From Geotalea uraniireducens Rf4 (GTDB taxonomy: Bacteria; Desulfobacterota; Desulfuromonadia; Geobacterales; Geobacteraceae): DNA of 32,000 nt. The position numbers and the translations under genes were made by a program. The stretch covers positions 3,360,001 to 3,392,000 of the forward strand of contig NC_009483.1 in NCBI RefSeq assembly GCF_000016745.1, given 5' to 3'. Below are positions 1 through 8,055 of this stretch, piece after piece; position 1 is the first letter of the stretch; every line of letters begins with the position of its first letter. Under the pieces are notes generated by a model, which did no database searches, was not told the origin of the DNA, and saw only the letters and a list, made by a program, of their open reading frames with translations.

Positions 1-1065
1 AACCTGCCCGGTGAGATCGATGGGGTTGGCAACGGAGTAAAATGGGGGAAAGCAGTTGTGCAGCCGCTGTCGTATCGCTTCAGGAAGCGGGGTAATCTCA
101 ATTCCATGGCGCGCGCATTCGTCAGCAGCCAGAACCCCCAGCCCGCCGGCGTTGGTCACAATGCAGATCCGGTTGCCGCGGGACGGCCTCTGCCTGGCAA
201 GGGCGTGGCCGGCATCGAGCAGTTCATCCAAATCTCGCACCTCGCGGATGCCGGACTGCCGCATGATCGAACTGAACACCTCGTATTTCCCGGCAAGCCG
301 GCCGGTATGGGAATAGGCCGCACGCTGTCCGCTTTCCCCCTTCCCTGCCTTGAGGATGAGAAGCGGCTTGCGTTGCGCCAGTTTTTCGGCAGCCGCCACG
401 AAGCGCCGCCCGTCCGCCATCGATTCCAGGTAGGAAATCACCACGCCGGTTTCCAGGTCTTCGGCCAGGTAGTCGTAGATGTCGGCTCCATCGATATCTG
501 CGGCATTGCCGTAGTTAACCCCCAATGACACGCCGCGGCCGGACACCGCCAGCGTCTCCAGCAGACAGAGAAGGAGCGCGCCGCTCTGGGAAACCACCGC
601 CACATTCCCCTTTTTCGGCCGTTTCAGGCGTTCGCGGGGGAGAAACAAGGTATCGAGCCTTTGGTACGGAGCGAACACACCGAGACAGTTGGGGCCGAGC
701 AATCGGATGCCCAACTCCCGCCCGAGCCGGACGACTTCCTGCTGCAAAGATTCGCACCCCGTCTCGGCAAAACCTGCGCTGACGATGATCGCGCAACGGG
801 CTTTCCCGGCGTGGGCTGCCAACAGCTCAGGAACTTCCGGCGCAGGACGGAGAATAACGGACAGGTCGACCGTCTCGGGAAGGTCGCGGATTGAAGCGTA
901 GACCGGCACTTCGTCGATCTCGGTATAGTTCGGATTGACCGGATAGAACTTCCCCCGGAAGGCGCGAAGGTTTCTGGAGACAACACCCCCGAGCCGTTTT
1001 TCATCGGCGGAAGCACCGATCAGGGCGATGGAGCGAGGTTTGAAAAGGCAATCAAGGGAATTCAC
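1..1065 (-). CDS. ADP-forming acetyl/acyl-CoA synthetase family protein (CoA-binding plus succinyl-CoA-synthetase-like domains). N-terminal part only; the 3' end runs off the window.
   Basis: Absent from the ORF track because it is open to the window edge. My minus-strand translation from GTG 1065-1063 (AGGAG 8 nt upstream) reads VNSLDCLFKPRSIALIGASADEKRLGGVVSRNL..VDLSVILRPA..AIIVSAGFAE..LGIRLLGPNCLGV..NVAVVSQSGAL..AYSHTGRLAG..ICIVTNAGGLGVLAADE. This is the typical NDP-forming acyl-CoA synthetase layout. Confidence 0.8.
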   Translation of the reverse strand, partial: MNSLDCLFKPRSIALIGASADEKRLGGVVSRNLRAFRGKFYPVNPNYTEIDEVPVYASIRDLPETVDLSVILRPAPEVPELLAAHAGKARCAIIVSAGFAETGCESLQQEVVRLGRELGIRLLGPNCLGVFAPYQRLDTLFLPRERLKRPKKGNVAVVSQSGALLLCLLETLAVSGRGVSLGVNYGNAADIDGADIYDYLAEDLETGVVISYLESMADGRRFVAAAEKLAQRKPLLILKAGKGESGQRAAYSHTGRLAGKYEVFSSIMRQSGIREVRDLDELLDAGHALARQRPSRGNRICIVTNAGGLGVLAADECARHGIEITPLPEAIRQRLHNCFPPFYSVANPIDLTGQV

Positions 1066-1083
1066 GGTCGAAAACTCCTAGGA

Positions 1084-1132
1084 GAGGTTCGAGGTGCGAG
1101 GTGCGAGGTGCGAGGTGCGAGGTGCGAGGTTC
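1084..1132. repeat. Heptanucleotide tandem array, (GAGGTKC) x7
   Basis: Direct reading: gaggttc, then gaggtgc x5, then gaggttc, contiguous. It lies in the 123 nt spacer between the E2 stop (1189) and the acyl-CoA synthetase start (1065). Confidence 0.95.
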
Positions 1133-1188
1133 AAAAATTCCTTATTCCTCGATCCTCGTTCCTTTTTCCTCGGTCCTCGAACCTGTTT

Positions 1189-2361
1189 TCAAACGCTCTC
1201 CATGAACAGCAGGGCCGGATCTTCCAGATAGCGGACGATCTCTGCCAGGAACAGGGCCGCGTCGGCGCCATCGGTGACCCGGTGATCGAAGGTGAGGGAC
1301 AGGGGAAGGATCTTCCTGACAACGATCGCGCCGCGGTAGACCCACGGCCGTTCGACGATGCGGCCGCAGCCGAGGATGGCCACATCTGGCCAGTTGATGA
1401 TCGGGGTGGCAAAGACACCGCCGAAGTGGCCGTAGTTGGTGATGGTGAAGGTGCGCCCCTTCAAGTCGGTGAGGGCAATGGTCCGTTCGTGGGCTTTCTT
1501 GCCGAGCGCCTGGATCTCCTCCGCCAGGGCGATAATGCTCTTTTTGTCCACATCGCGGATGACCGGCACCATCAGCCCGTCCGGGGTCTCCACGGCAATG
1601 CCGAAGTGGTAATGCTTCTTGAGGATGATCGTTTCTGCTTCGGCATCTATGGATGCGTTGAGAAAGGGGTGGTCCCTGAGGGCATGCTGGGCCGCCTTGA
1701 TAAAAAACGGGAGGAAGGTCAGATGCGTCCCCCTTGCCTCCAGCGCCTCTTGTTCCCGCTCACGCAGGTCCCAAAGATCGGTAATATCAGCCTCCTCCGT
1801 GCAGGTAACGGAGGCGGTGTTTCGCTGCGAGGCAATGAGGTTGCGGGCAATGGTCCTTCGTACCCCCCGAAGCGGTAGCCGCTCGACCGGACCAAAGCTC
1901 TCTTCAGGCTGTCGTGGCGTTGCAGCCTGCGACAGGTCCTCGGGGGTGATGCTGCCACGCGGACCGCTGCCCCGAATGCTGCGCAGGTCGACGCCCCGCT
2001 CCCGCGCCAGCTTCCGCACCATGGGGGTGGCGAGAATCTCGGGTTCTTCCTCCGCCTCTGGCAGAACGCCGACGATGCCGTTCGATTTCGCCGGCACAGT
2101 GGAGGCCTGCGTCGGCACTTCTCCCTCCTCGGCAATGGTCAGCAATGTCTCGCCGACCTTGGCAATGTCCCCTTCACCCCGGTAAATGCGGCTGATCGTC
2201 CCCTTACGCGGCGAAGGGACTTCCACCACCGCCTTATCGGTCTCCACCTCCAGCACCCCCTGGTGCTCGACAACCCGGTCGCCTTCCTTTACCAGCCACC
2301 GGCGCAGTTCCACCTCGGTGATCCCTTCGCCGAGGTCGGGAAGTTTGAAATCATAGGGCAT
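1189..2361 (-). CDS. 2-oxoacid dehydrogenase complex E2 (dihydrolipoamide acyltransferase)
   Basis: 390 aa ORF. Lipoyl-lysine motif VETDKAVVEVPSP, a peripheral-subunit-binding region (TPMVRKLARERGVDLRSIRGSGPRGSITPEDL) and the catalytic DHRVTDGADAA motif. AAGGAG lies 7 nt upstream of the ATG. Confidence 0.93.
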   Translation of the reverse strand: MPYDFKLPDLGEGITEVELRRWLVKEGDRVVEHQGVLEVETDKAVVEVPSPRKGTISRIYRGEGDIAKVGETLLTIAEEGEVPTQASTVPAKSNGIVGVLPEAEEEPEILATPMVRKLARERGVDLRSIRGSGPRGSITPEDLSQAATPRQPEESFGPVERLPLRGVRRTIARNLIASQRNTASVTCTEEADITDLWDLREREQEALEARGTHLTFLPFFIKAAQHALRDHPFLNASIDAEAETIILKKHYHFGIAVETPDGLMVPVIRDVDKKSIIALAEEIQALGKKAHERTIALTDLKGRTFTITNYGHFGGVFATPIINWPDVAILGCGRIVERPWVYRGAIVVRKILPLSLTFDHRVTDGADAALFLAEIVRYLEDPALLFMESV

Positions 2362-2402
2362 TGCCCACTCCTTTTTGCCGCATCACGGAAAATCTTCAGA
2401 AT

Positions 2403-2515
2403 CTTTGAACCGCGAAGGCGCAAAGGACGGAAAGAAAACGGTTTTGATATTTTGGACCAAAAATGTTATCGATTTTTACCTTACTTCGCGTCCTTTGCGT
2501 CTTTGCGGTTCAAAG
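2403..2515. repeat. REP/MITE-like palindromic element: 27 bp imperfect inverted repeats (25/27) around a 59 nt AT-rich spacer
   Basis: Left arm ctttgaaccgcgaaggcgcaaaggacg (2403-2429). Right arm cgtcctttgcgtctttgcggttcaaag (2489-2515). It sits in the 199 nt gap between E1-beta and E2. Confidence 0.85.
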
Positions 2516-2560
2516 GTTTTTCTTTATTGTTTTTCTCGTCAATCGCTGTGTCCTCTGTGG

Positions 2561-3523
2561 CTAATATTGCAGCACCTCGTCCAGCGCCGCCCGGATCCGC
2601 TCCGCTGACGGCAGGTAGTGATCGAGGAGCTTTGCCAGCGGCACCGTCACATCGGGGGCCGTAACCCGCAGGATCGGCCCGCGCAGGTGGAGGATCGCCT
2701 CTTCGGCAATGGTGGCGGCGATCTCGGCACCGAAACCGCAGCTCTTCACCGCCTCATGGACAATGACCACCCGGCCGGTCTTCCGCACCGATGCCAGCAC
2801 AGTCTCGGCATCGAAGGGATTGAGGGTCAGGAGGTCGATCACCTCGGCGCTATACTCTCCCACCGCTTTCAGCACCCACTCCAGCATACTCCCCCAGGCG
2901 ATGAGGGTGACGTCATCCCCTTCCCTGACCACCTGCGCCCTGCCGAGCGGTACAATGTAGTCACCTGCCGGAACCTCTTCCCTGATCAAACGGTAGAGCC
3001 GCGTCGGCTCCAGAAAGAGGACCGGGTCCGGGTCGCGAATGGCAGCGGTCAGAAGCCCCTTGGCGGTATACGGCCCGGACGGCACCACCACCTTGACTCC
3101 CGGCATGTGGCAGAAGAATGCCTCCGTGCTCTCCTCATGCATTTCCGGCGCCTTGATGCCGCCTCCATACGGAGTCCGCACCACGAGCGGACAGGTGTAG
3201 CGGGACCGGCTGCGGCTCCTGAGCCGCGCAGCATGGGTGAAGAGCTGGTCAAAGGCGGCGTAGAGAAACCCCATGAACTGGATCTCTGCAATGGGGCGCA
3301 GGCCGTAGACCGCCATGCCGATGGCCGCCCCGACAATGGCCGACTCGGACAGGGGGGTGTCGATCAGCCGCTCCGATCCGAACCGCTCCAAAAGCCCTTC
3401 GGTGATGCGGAACACCCCGCCGTCGCGCCCCACGTCCTCGCCGAGGAGAACGACCCGGTCGTCCCGCTCCATCTCCTCGTTCAGGGCGAGGTTTATGGCC
3501 TGTACCATGTTGAGTAGCGGCAT
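2561..3523 (-). CDS. 2-oxoacid dehydrogenase E1 component, beta subunit
   Basis: The ORF track gives 2561..3637. I trim the start to the ATG at 3523 (MPLLNMVQAINLALNEEMERDDRVVLLGEDVG...), which lies 1 nt downstream of the E1-alpha stop (tgacATG). The protein has a transketolase-like pyrimidine-binding and C-terminal domain pattern. Confidence 0.9.
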   Translation of the reverse strand: MPLLNMVQAINLALNEEMERDDRVVLLGEDVGRDGGVFRITEGLLERFGSERLIDTPLSESAIVGAAIGMAVYGLRPIAEIQFMGFLYAAFDQLFTHAARLRSRSRSRYTCPLVVRTPYGGGIKAPEMHEESTEAFFCHMPGVKVVVPSGPYTAKGLLTAAIRDPDPVLFLEPTRLYRLIREEVPAGDYIVPLGRAQVVREGDDVTLIAWGSMLEWVLKAVGEYSAEVIDLLTLNPFDAETVLASVRKTGRVVIVHEAVKSCGFGAEIAATIAEEAILHLRGPILRVTAPDVTVPLAKLLDHYLPSAERIRAALDEVLQY

Positions 3524-3524
3524 G

Positions 3525-4580
3525 TCAGAGTTCCTTCCGTTGCGCAGCCTGCCGCTGGCCGAGTGTCGCGCAGGCGTGGTCGAACATGTCCGCGGCTGTC
3601 GGCGGCGGAGCAGCCTCCTCCGCACGCACCGCCTCATCGATGGTATCTGCCGCCCGCTGCTTCACGTCCCTGGCGTATTCATCAGACATAAGCCCCCGGC
3701 TCGCCATGAATCGCTCCAGCCGCAGGATCGGGTCTTTGCCGCGCCAGGACGCCACCTCCTCTGGGGAACGGTAGCGTGAGGCGTCGTCGGAGGTGGTATG
3801 ATCGGCCATCCGGTAGGTGAGGCACTCGATGAAGGTCGGCCCGCCGCCGCTCCGCGCCTTGTCCAGCGCCTCACTGGCGGCCCGATAGACGGCAAATACG
3901 TCGTTGCCGTCCACCTGCACCCCCTCGAAACCATAGGCAAAGGCCTTCTGCGCCAGGGTTGCAGACGCGGTCTGACCCTGGACCGGGATGGAGATGGCCC
4001 ACTGGTTGTTCTGGCAGATGAAGACAACCGGAAGCCTGAACAAGCCTGCCATGTTGAACCCTTCGTGGAACTCCCCCTTGGAAGTTGCACCGTCGCCGAA
4101 GTAGGCGACCACGGCCACCGGGTCGCGCCGGTACTTGGCCGCCATGGCCACCCCGACGGCATGTGGGATATGGGTGCCGACGGAGACGCAGATGGGAAGG
4201 ATGTTGAGGTTGTCGGGGGTCCGCTGGCCCCGTTCATCGCCGCCCCAGTACTGGAGCATCAGGTGGATAGGATAGCCGAGAGTGAAATGGACCGCCATCT
4301 CCCGAAAAGACGGGATCACCCAGTCGGTGGGGTGCAGGGCAAAGGCGCTCCCAACCTGGGCCGCCTCCTGCCCCATGATGGGGGGGTAGGTGCCGAGCCG
4401 CCCCTCCCGCTGCAAAGCCAGCGCCCGCTCATCGAAAGTCCGTGCCAGCACCATCAGCTCATACATCCGCCGGATGTCGCTCTCCGTCACTGCAGGCATG
4501 AGCGCATCATCCACTATGCCGCTTTCATCAAGGATGTGCAGGCGCTTCACCGCATAAGTGCTGATAATGTCCTCGGGCAT
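3525..4580 (-). CDS. 2-oxoacid dehydrogenase E1 component, alpha subunit (TPP-dependent)
   Basis: TPP-binding motif YFGDGATSKGEFHEGFNMAGLFRLPVVFICQNNQWAIS. The start is uncertain: ATG 4580 (MPEDIISTY...) or TTG 4652 as in the ORF track. Neither has a clear SD. Confidence 0.88.
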   Translation of the reverse strand: MPEDIISTYAVKRLHILDESGIVDDALMPAVTESDIRRMYELMVLARTFDERALALQREGRLGTYPPIMGQEAAQVGSAFALHPTDWVIPSFREMAVHFTLGYPIHLMLQYWGGDERGQRTPDNLNILPICVSVGTHIPHAVGVAMAAKYRRDPVAVVAYFGDGATSKGEFHEGFNMAGLFRLPVVFICQNNQWAISIPVQGQTASATLAQKAFAYGFEGVQVDGNDVFAVYRAASEALDKARSGGGPTFIECLTYRMADHTTSDDASRYRSPEEVASWRGKDPILRLERFMASRGLMSDEYARDVKQRAADTIDEAVRAEEAAPPPTAADMFDHACATLGQRQAAQRKEL

Positions 4581-4692
4581 GGCTACCGCCGGTATGGGAA
4601 GTAAGGGTGGAGGCTCTGTAGAAGAGTTTAGCCGACCGCGTCCGGCTGTCAACGGAGAGACTGATGCTACGGGGATAGTTGCTGCGTTGAAG

Positions 4693-5142
4693 TCATTTCA
4701 AGTTCTTCCATTGATAAGCCAACTTCCCCCCATAATGCCCCAACATAACCACTACCGGCAGGGCGCTGAACAGACATCCCATGTAGATCCATTTGAAAAC
4801 GCCCCCATCAAAGAACAGGCCGGGATGGATAAGGCGTATGCATGCAGCGCTCCCCACCAGCAAGAATAGGATGGCCGAAAGCCACATCTTTCTGTAAAAA
4901 ACGGGCGCGCGGCCACCGTTAAACTTTGTGCGCCAGTCATGCACGCCGGAGAAAAAGGAGACCGGCACCATGCACGTGGCAATGATTATCAAGTGCAAAA
5001 CGGTACGCTCAAAATACGGATCACCACTGTTAAGGGCCAGAAGCAGGAACAACAGAGCGGCGGGAAGCAGGCCGTTATTGAAATGGGCAGCCACGGCATG
5101 GAGTACCAAGGTTTTACAGATATCCTTAAAAATTCCCGGCAT
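4693..5142 (-). CDS. Small integral membrane protein (about 4 predicted TM helices), function unknown
   Basis: 149 aa ORF with four hydrophobic stretches (LLPAALLFLLLAL, LHLIIIATCMVPVSFF, WLSAILFLLVGSAA, MGCLFSALPVVVML). It is tightly packed with its neighbours. Confidence 0.6.
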   Translation of the reverse strand: MPGIFKDICKTLVLHAVAAHFNNGLLPAALLFLLLALNSGDPYFERTVLHLIIIATCMVPVSFFSGVHDWRTKFNGGRAPVFYRKMWLSAILFLLVGSAACIRLIHPGLFFDGGVFKWIYMGCLFSALPVVVMLGHYGGKLAYQWKNLK

Positions 5143-5146
5143 CGAT

Positions 5147-5560
5147 TCATTCTTTCCCTTGGGGCCCGCCCCTCTCCAGGTACTCTCTCCATGGCTGCCA
5201 GTAATACTTCTCCCATCCCTCGCTTACCCCCTGCACATCGTGATCCGCCACGTTGACATGGACGAGCTCGATCCGTCCCGAATCGCCTCCCGGCCAGAAC
5301 GACATCACCAGGATGGAGTCGATGTCATCCGAGATCCAGTGATCGGCCCGCCAGGTCTGGGCAATGAGTCGGTGCGGCACAGTGTACAACATCGTCCCGA
5401 AAATCATCCCGTTAAACGCCAGAAACGCCGAGCCCGGCGCGGGGCTGATGGTTACCGAGGCGCCGGTAATGGCTGCATGGATCTCCGGATTGAGATACAT
5501 GTCGTAGAGCCGCGCTGCAGGTGCCGGCAAGGTGATGCTCTGCTGGATCGTCTTTGGCAT
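5147..5560 (-). CDS. SRPBCC/AHSA1(START-like)-fold protein
   Basis: The ORF track gives 5147..5638. I trim to ATG 5560 (MPKTIQQSITLPAPAARLYDMYLNPEIHAAITG...), which has GGAG about 10 nt upstream. The N-terminal pattern is typical of Aha1-domain/SRPBCC proteins. Confidence 0.65.
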   Translation of the reverse strand: MPKTIQQSITLPAPAARLYDMYLNPEIHAAITGASVTISPAPGSAFLAFNGMIFGTMLYTVPHRLIAQTWRADHWISDDIDSILVMSFWPGGDSGRIELVHVNVADHDVQGVSEGWEKYYWQPWREYLERGGPQGKE

Positions 5561-5625
5561 GGTTGATGGCTCCGCACTTTTATTTCTGATCGTGCCGCTT
5601 GAATAATCAATCCGAAAAAAAATGA

Positions 5626-6828
5626 TCAGGACCGGCAACCCAGTTCCCTGAACCTGGCGTTGACAGCTTCCAGCTCTTCCGTCCGGCGCCGCAGATCTTC
5701 ATTAAGCTGCTTGATTTCCTCTTCCGCCTGCCTGCGCTCGGTCACGTCCCGCTGCACGGCGACAAAGTGGGTGACTTGATGATTTTTGTCGATAATGGGG
5801 GCAACGTTCCATTCATTGATAAACTCGGTGCCGTCCTTCCGGTAGTTGATCGTCTCGCACCGAAATGTCTGCCTTTGCCAGAGGCGATGCTTCATCTGCT
5901 CCTGCACCTTGCGCTCCGTTTTGGGTCCATGGAGGATGCGGGGGGTCTTGCCGATGACTTCTTCTGCCGCGTAGCCGGTCATGGCAGTGAAAGCCGGGTT
6001 GACAAAGACGATTGTCGGACCCGGCAGATCGAGGTCGGCGGTCGTGATTGTGATCGATTCCCTGGTCTGCCGTACTGCCGATTCCAGGAGCCGCAGCATC
6101 TCCTCCGTGCGTCGGCGAGCGGTAACATCCATGACGCAGATGGGCACATTAACGAACTTTGCGCTGTCGGAGGGAATGGTCAGGCTGATCAGGAGGGTTT
6201 TGCACTCTCCGCGCAGAGTGAGAACAGGAACTTCAGCATCAAAACGCCGTCGTCCCTCGGCGATGGCTTTCAGCGCATCGCGGAAAGCCGGCAGCGACTC
6301 AGGGGTGAACACCCTGCCCAGGGCTCCAAGGAGTTCCGCCGAGCTCTGCGCCGCGAAGATTTCAAGGGTCGTCGCATTGACGTCGAGGATTTTCAAGCCT
6401 TGCAAAATCTGCCGCAGGTAATCCGGTCGTTTGGCGAAGTATTGTCCGTAATCCTTTACCTGTTGGACCTGCAAACTATCCAGGCTCGCCTTGACCCCGG
6501 ACAGGTCCGCTTCCCAGATCGAGACGGGGACGGCATGGAAGAGCGACTGGAACCTCGTCTCGCTCTCACATCGCACCATGGCGACTCGCTCGATCTCTGC
6601 CTGCCCCCGGTTTATCAACCAATAAAGAAAAAGAGCAGTGACGAGGACATAGAGCCATCCTTTGACGGTCTGCAGCCGGATGAGCAGGGCAGGATCGGTA
6701 ACGAGCGCAGCGAGGAGCCGGTCGGAGAAGAGTATCCACAAGCCGCCGAGGATTGCATAAAACATTACGATCCTGGCCGATACCCGCTTGAGCCCGGATA
6801 TGCGTTCTCTAGTTTCTCGATTGTTCAT
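5626..6828 (-). CDS. Membrane-anchored PAS-domain sensor protein with no recognisable output domain
   Basis: 400 aa. Two N-terminal TM segments, two PAS-like regions (FQSLFHAVPVSIWEADL... and ITITTADLDLPGPTIVFVNPAFTAMTGYAAEEVIGKTPRILHGP...YRKDGTEF...VAVQRDVTERRQAEEE), then a short coiled coil and the stop. No HisKA/HATPase, GGDEF or HD motif is visible. Confidence 0.8.
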   Translation of the reverse strand: MNNRETRERISGLKRVSARIVMFYAILGGLWILFSDRLLAALVTDPALLIRLQTVKGWLYVLVTALFLYWLINRGQAEIERVAMVRCESETRFQSLFHAVPVSIWEADLSGVKASLDSLQVQQVKDYGQYFAKRPDYLRQILQGLKILDVNATTLEIFAAQSSAELLGALGRVFTPESLPAFRDALKAIAEGRRRFDAEVPVLTLRGECKTLLISLTIPSDSAKFVNVPICVMDVTARRRTEEMLRLLESAVRQTRESITITTADLDLPGPTIVFVNPAFTAMTGYAAEEVIGKTPRILHGPKTERKVQEQMKHRLWQRQTFRCETINYRKDGTEFINEWNVAPIIDKNHQVTHFVAVQRDVTERRQAEEEIKQLNEDLRRRTEELEAVNARFRELGCRS

Positions 6829-6948
6829 GGTGCTGCCACCTTGATACGTCTCAGAATTACCAGAAACCGGCGACCATTGAGTAAACTATATCAGGAATCA
6901 ACTACTTCACAATTAAAGCAGCAGGTTTTGCATTTATAGCCTTTTGCA

Positions 6949-6972
6949 CAAAAAAAGGGGGCAAAAGCCCCC
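6949..6972 (-). terminator. Rho-independent terminator of the TPR gene
   Basis: Stem gggggc / gccccc (6957-6962 / 6967-6972) with loop aaaa. The plus-strand A-run at 6949-6956 is the T-run downstream of the hairpin on the minus strand. Confidence 0.75.
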
Positions 6973-6976
6973 TTCG

Positions 6977-7010
6977 TCAACCATCAACCATCAACCATCA
7001 ACCATCAACC
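6977..7010. repeat. Heptanucleotide tandem array, (TCAACCA) x4.9
   Basis: Direct reading: tcaacca x4 plus tcaacc. It lies between the TPR gene stop (7014) and its terminator hairpin. Confidence 0.95.
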
Positions 7011-7013
7011 GCC

Positions 7014-7814
7014 TTACAATTTTCTCATTTCTTCCTTCAAACCTTCCACAACGGCTTTGACCTCTGCAATCATCTCCGCAGCCTGGGGCGATTTCTCTTT
7101 CTTCAGGTAGAGCTCGAAATACTTGACGGCATCTGTCAGGCGCTCCTGGTCGATACAGACATTGCCGAGGGTCAGGTAGGACATGGTGAAATTCGGGTCG
7201 AGGCGGATCGCCTCCAGTGTTTCCTTCTCGGCAGCGTCGAGGTCGCCGAGATCGTAATAGAGGTCACCCAGGTTGAAGTAAGCCGTGGCGTCGTCAGGGT
7301 CGATCTCAATCCCTTTCCTGTAAGCGGCAACGGCTTCGTCGTTCTTGCCGAGGCCGTAGTAGAGATCGCCAAGTGCATTAAGGGCGAACACATTGTGCGG
7401 ATCAACCTCCAGGGCGCTGTTGAACGCCTTCTGTGCGTCATCAACCCGCTCCAGACTGTTATAAACGAGTCCGATGCTGACATAACCGTCCGCCTCTTTC
7501 GGTCTCAAATCGGTTACCTTTTTATAGCAGGCAATGGCATCCTTGTGCCGTCCGCCCTCAAAATACAAGTCTCCCAAGGCGGTAAGCGCCTCAACATCAT
7601 CGGGTGCGAGTTCCAACCCGGCAGTGATGGTTTTTATCGCCTCATCCTGTTTTCCCGACTCGGCCAACGCTTCGCCAAGGCAAAAATACCCTTCCGGGTT
7701 ATCAGGTTCGATCTCTATGCAGGCGCTGAACTCTGTGGCTGCTTTCCCGTATTCTCCGGTTTCCAGCAACGAAATCCCCTCTGCCAGGCGCTCGTCGAAA
7801 TTTGTCGTCATCAC
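7014..7814 (-). CDS. Tetratricopeptide (TPR) repeat protein
   Basis: 266 aa with a repeated 34-residue pattern (...A..Y..AIE.DP.NA.AY..LG.LY...G....A...). Confidence 0.85.
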   Translation of the reverse strand: MMTTNFDERLAEGISLLETGEYGKAATEFSACIEIEPDNPEGYFCLGEALAESGKQDEAIKTITAGLELAPDDVEALTALGDLYFEGGRHKDAIACYKKVTDLRPKEADGYVSIGLVYNSLERVDDAQKAFNSALEVDPHNVFALNALGDLYYGLGKNDEAVAAYRKGIEIDPDDATAYFNLGDLYYDLGDLDAAEKETLEAIRLDPNFTMSYLTLGNVCIDQERLTDAVKYFELYLKKEKSPQAAEMIAEVKAVVEGLKEEMRKL

Positions 7815-8055
7815 TCTCCCTCCGCTTTTATTCGATTTCGTGTTAAGGCGAACTATAGCAAAAACGGGGAGTGATTGCCATAAATACCCGTGCCCATCGA
7901 AATATTTAAGTCATACCAATTCCAATCAAGGTGCTATCTTCGTTGGCTCGTCTTCGGCGCCTTGATTTCATCCTTGATTTGAAATTGGATTTAATGCTTC
8001 CCTTTTCCACTACCTGCTTTATAATTGGAGAAATTTTTAAGCAAAGGTACTGATA
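7815..8055. promoter_or_regulatory. Divergent promoter region between the TPR gene and ptsP
   Basis: 241 nt between divergent starts. It contains a TATAAT at 8020-8025 (plus strand, weak -35) and three copies of CCTTGATT (7960, 7972, and one inverted at 7923-7931). Confidence 0.4.

Noticed and set aside
58-1016. Track ORFs 58..528(+), 515..796(-), 525..782(+), 624..1016(-), 661..894(+) and 689..901(+) at the left edge
   Set aside because: All overlap the edge-truncated minus-strand acyl-CoA synthetase frame, which translates into a clearly recognisable protein. Their own products are Arg/Pro/Gly-rich, low-complexity sequences typical of off-frame ORFs in GC-rich DNA.
1084-1132. Could the short tandem arrays (here and at 6977-7010) be CRISPR or a coding repeat?
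   Set aside because: The units are 7 nt with no spacers, which is far too short for CRISPR. They lie outside the supported reading frames.
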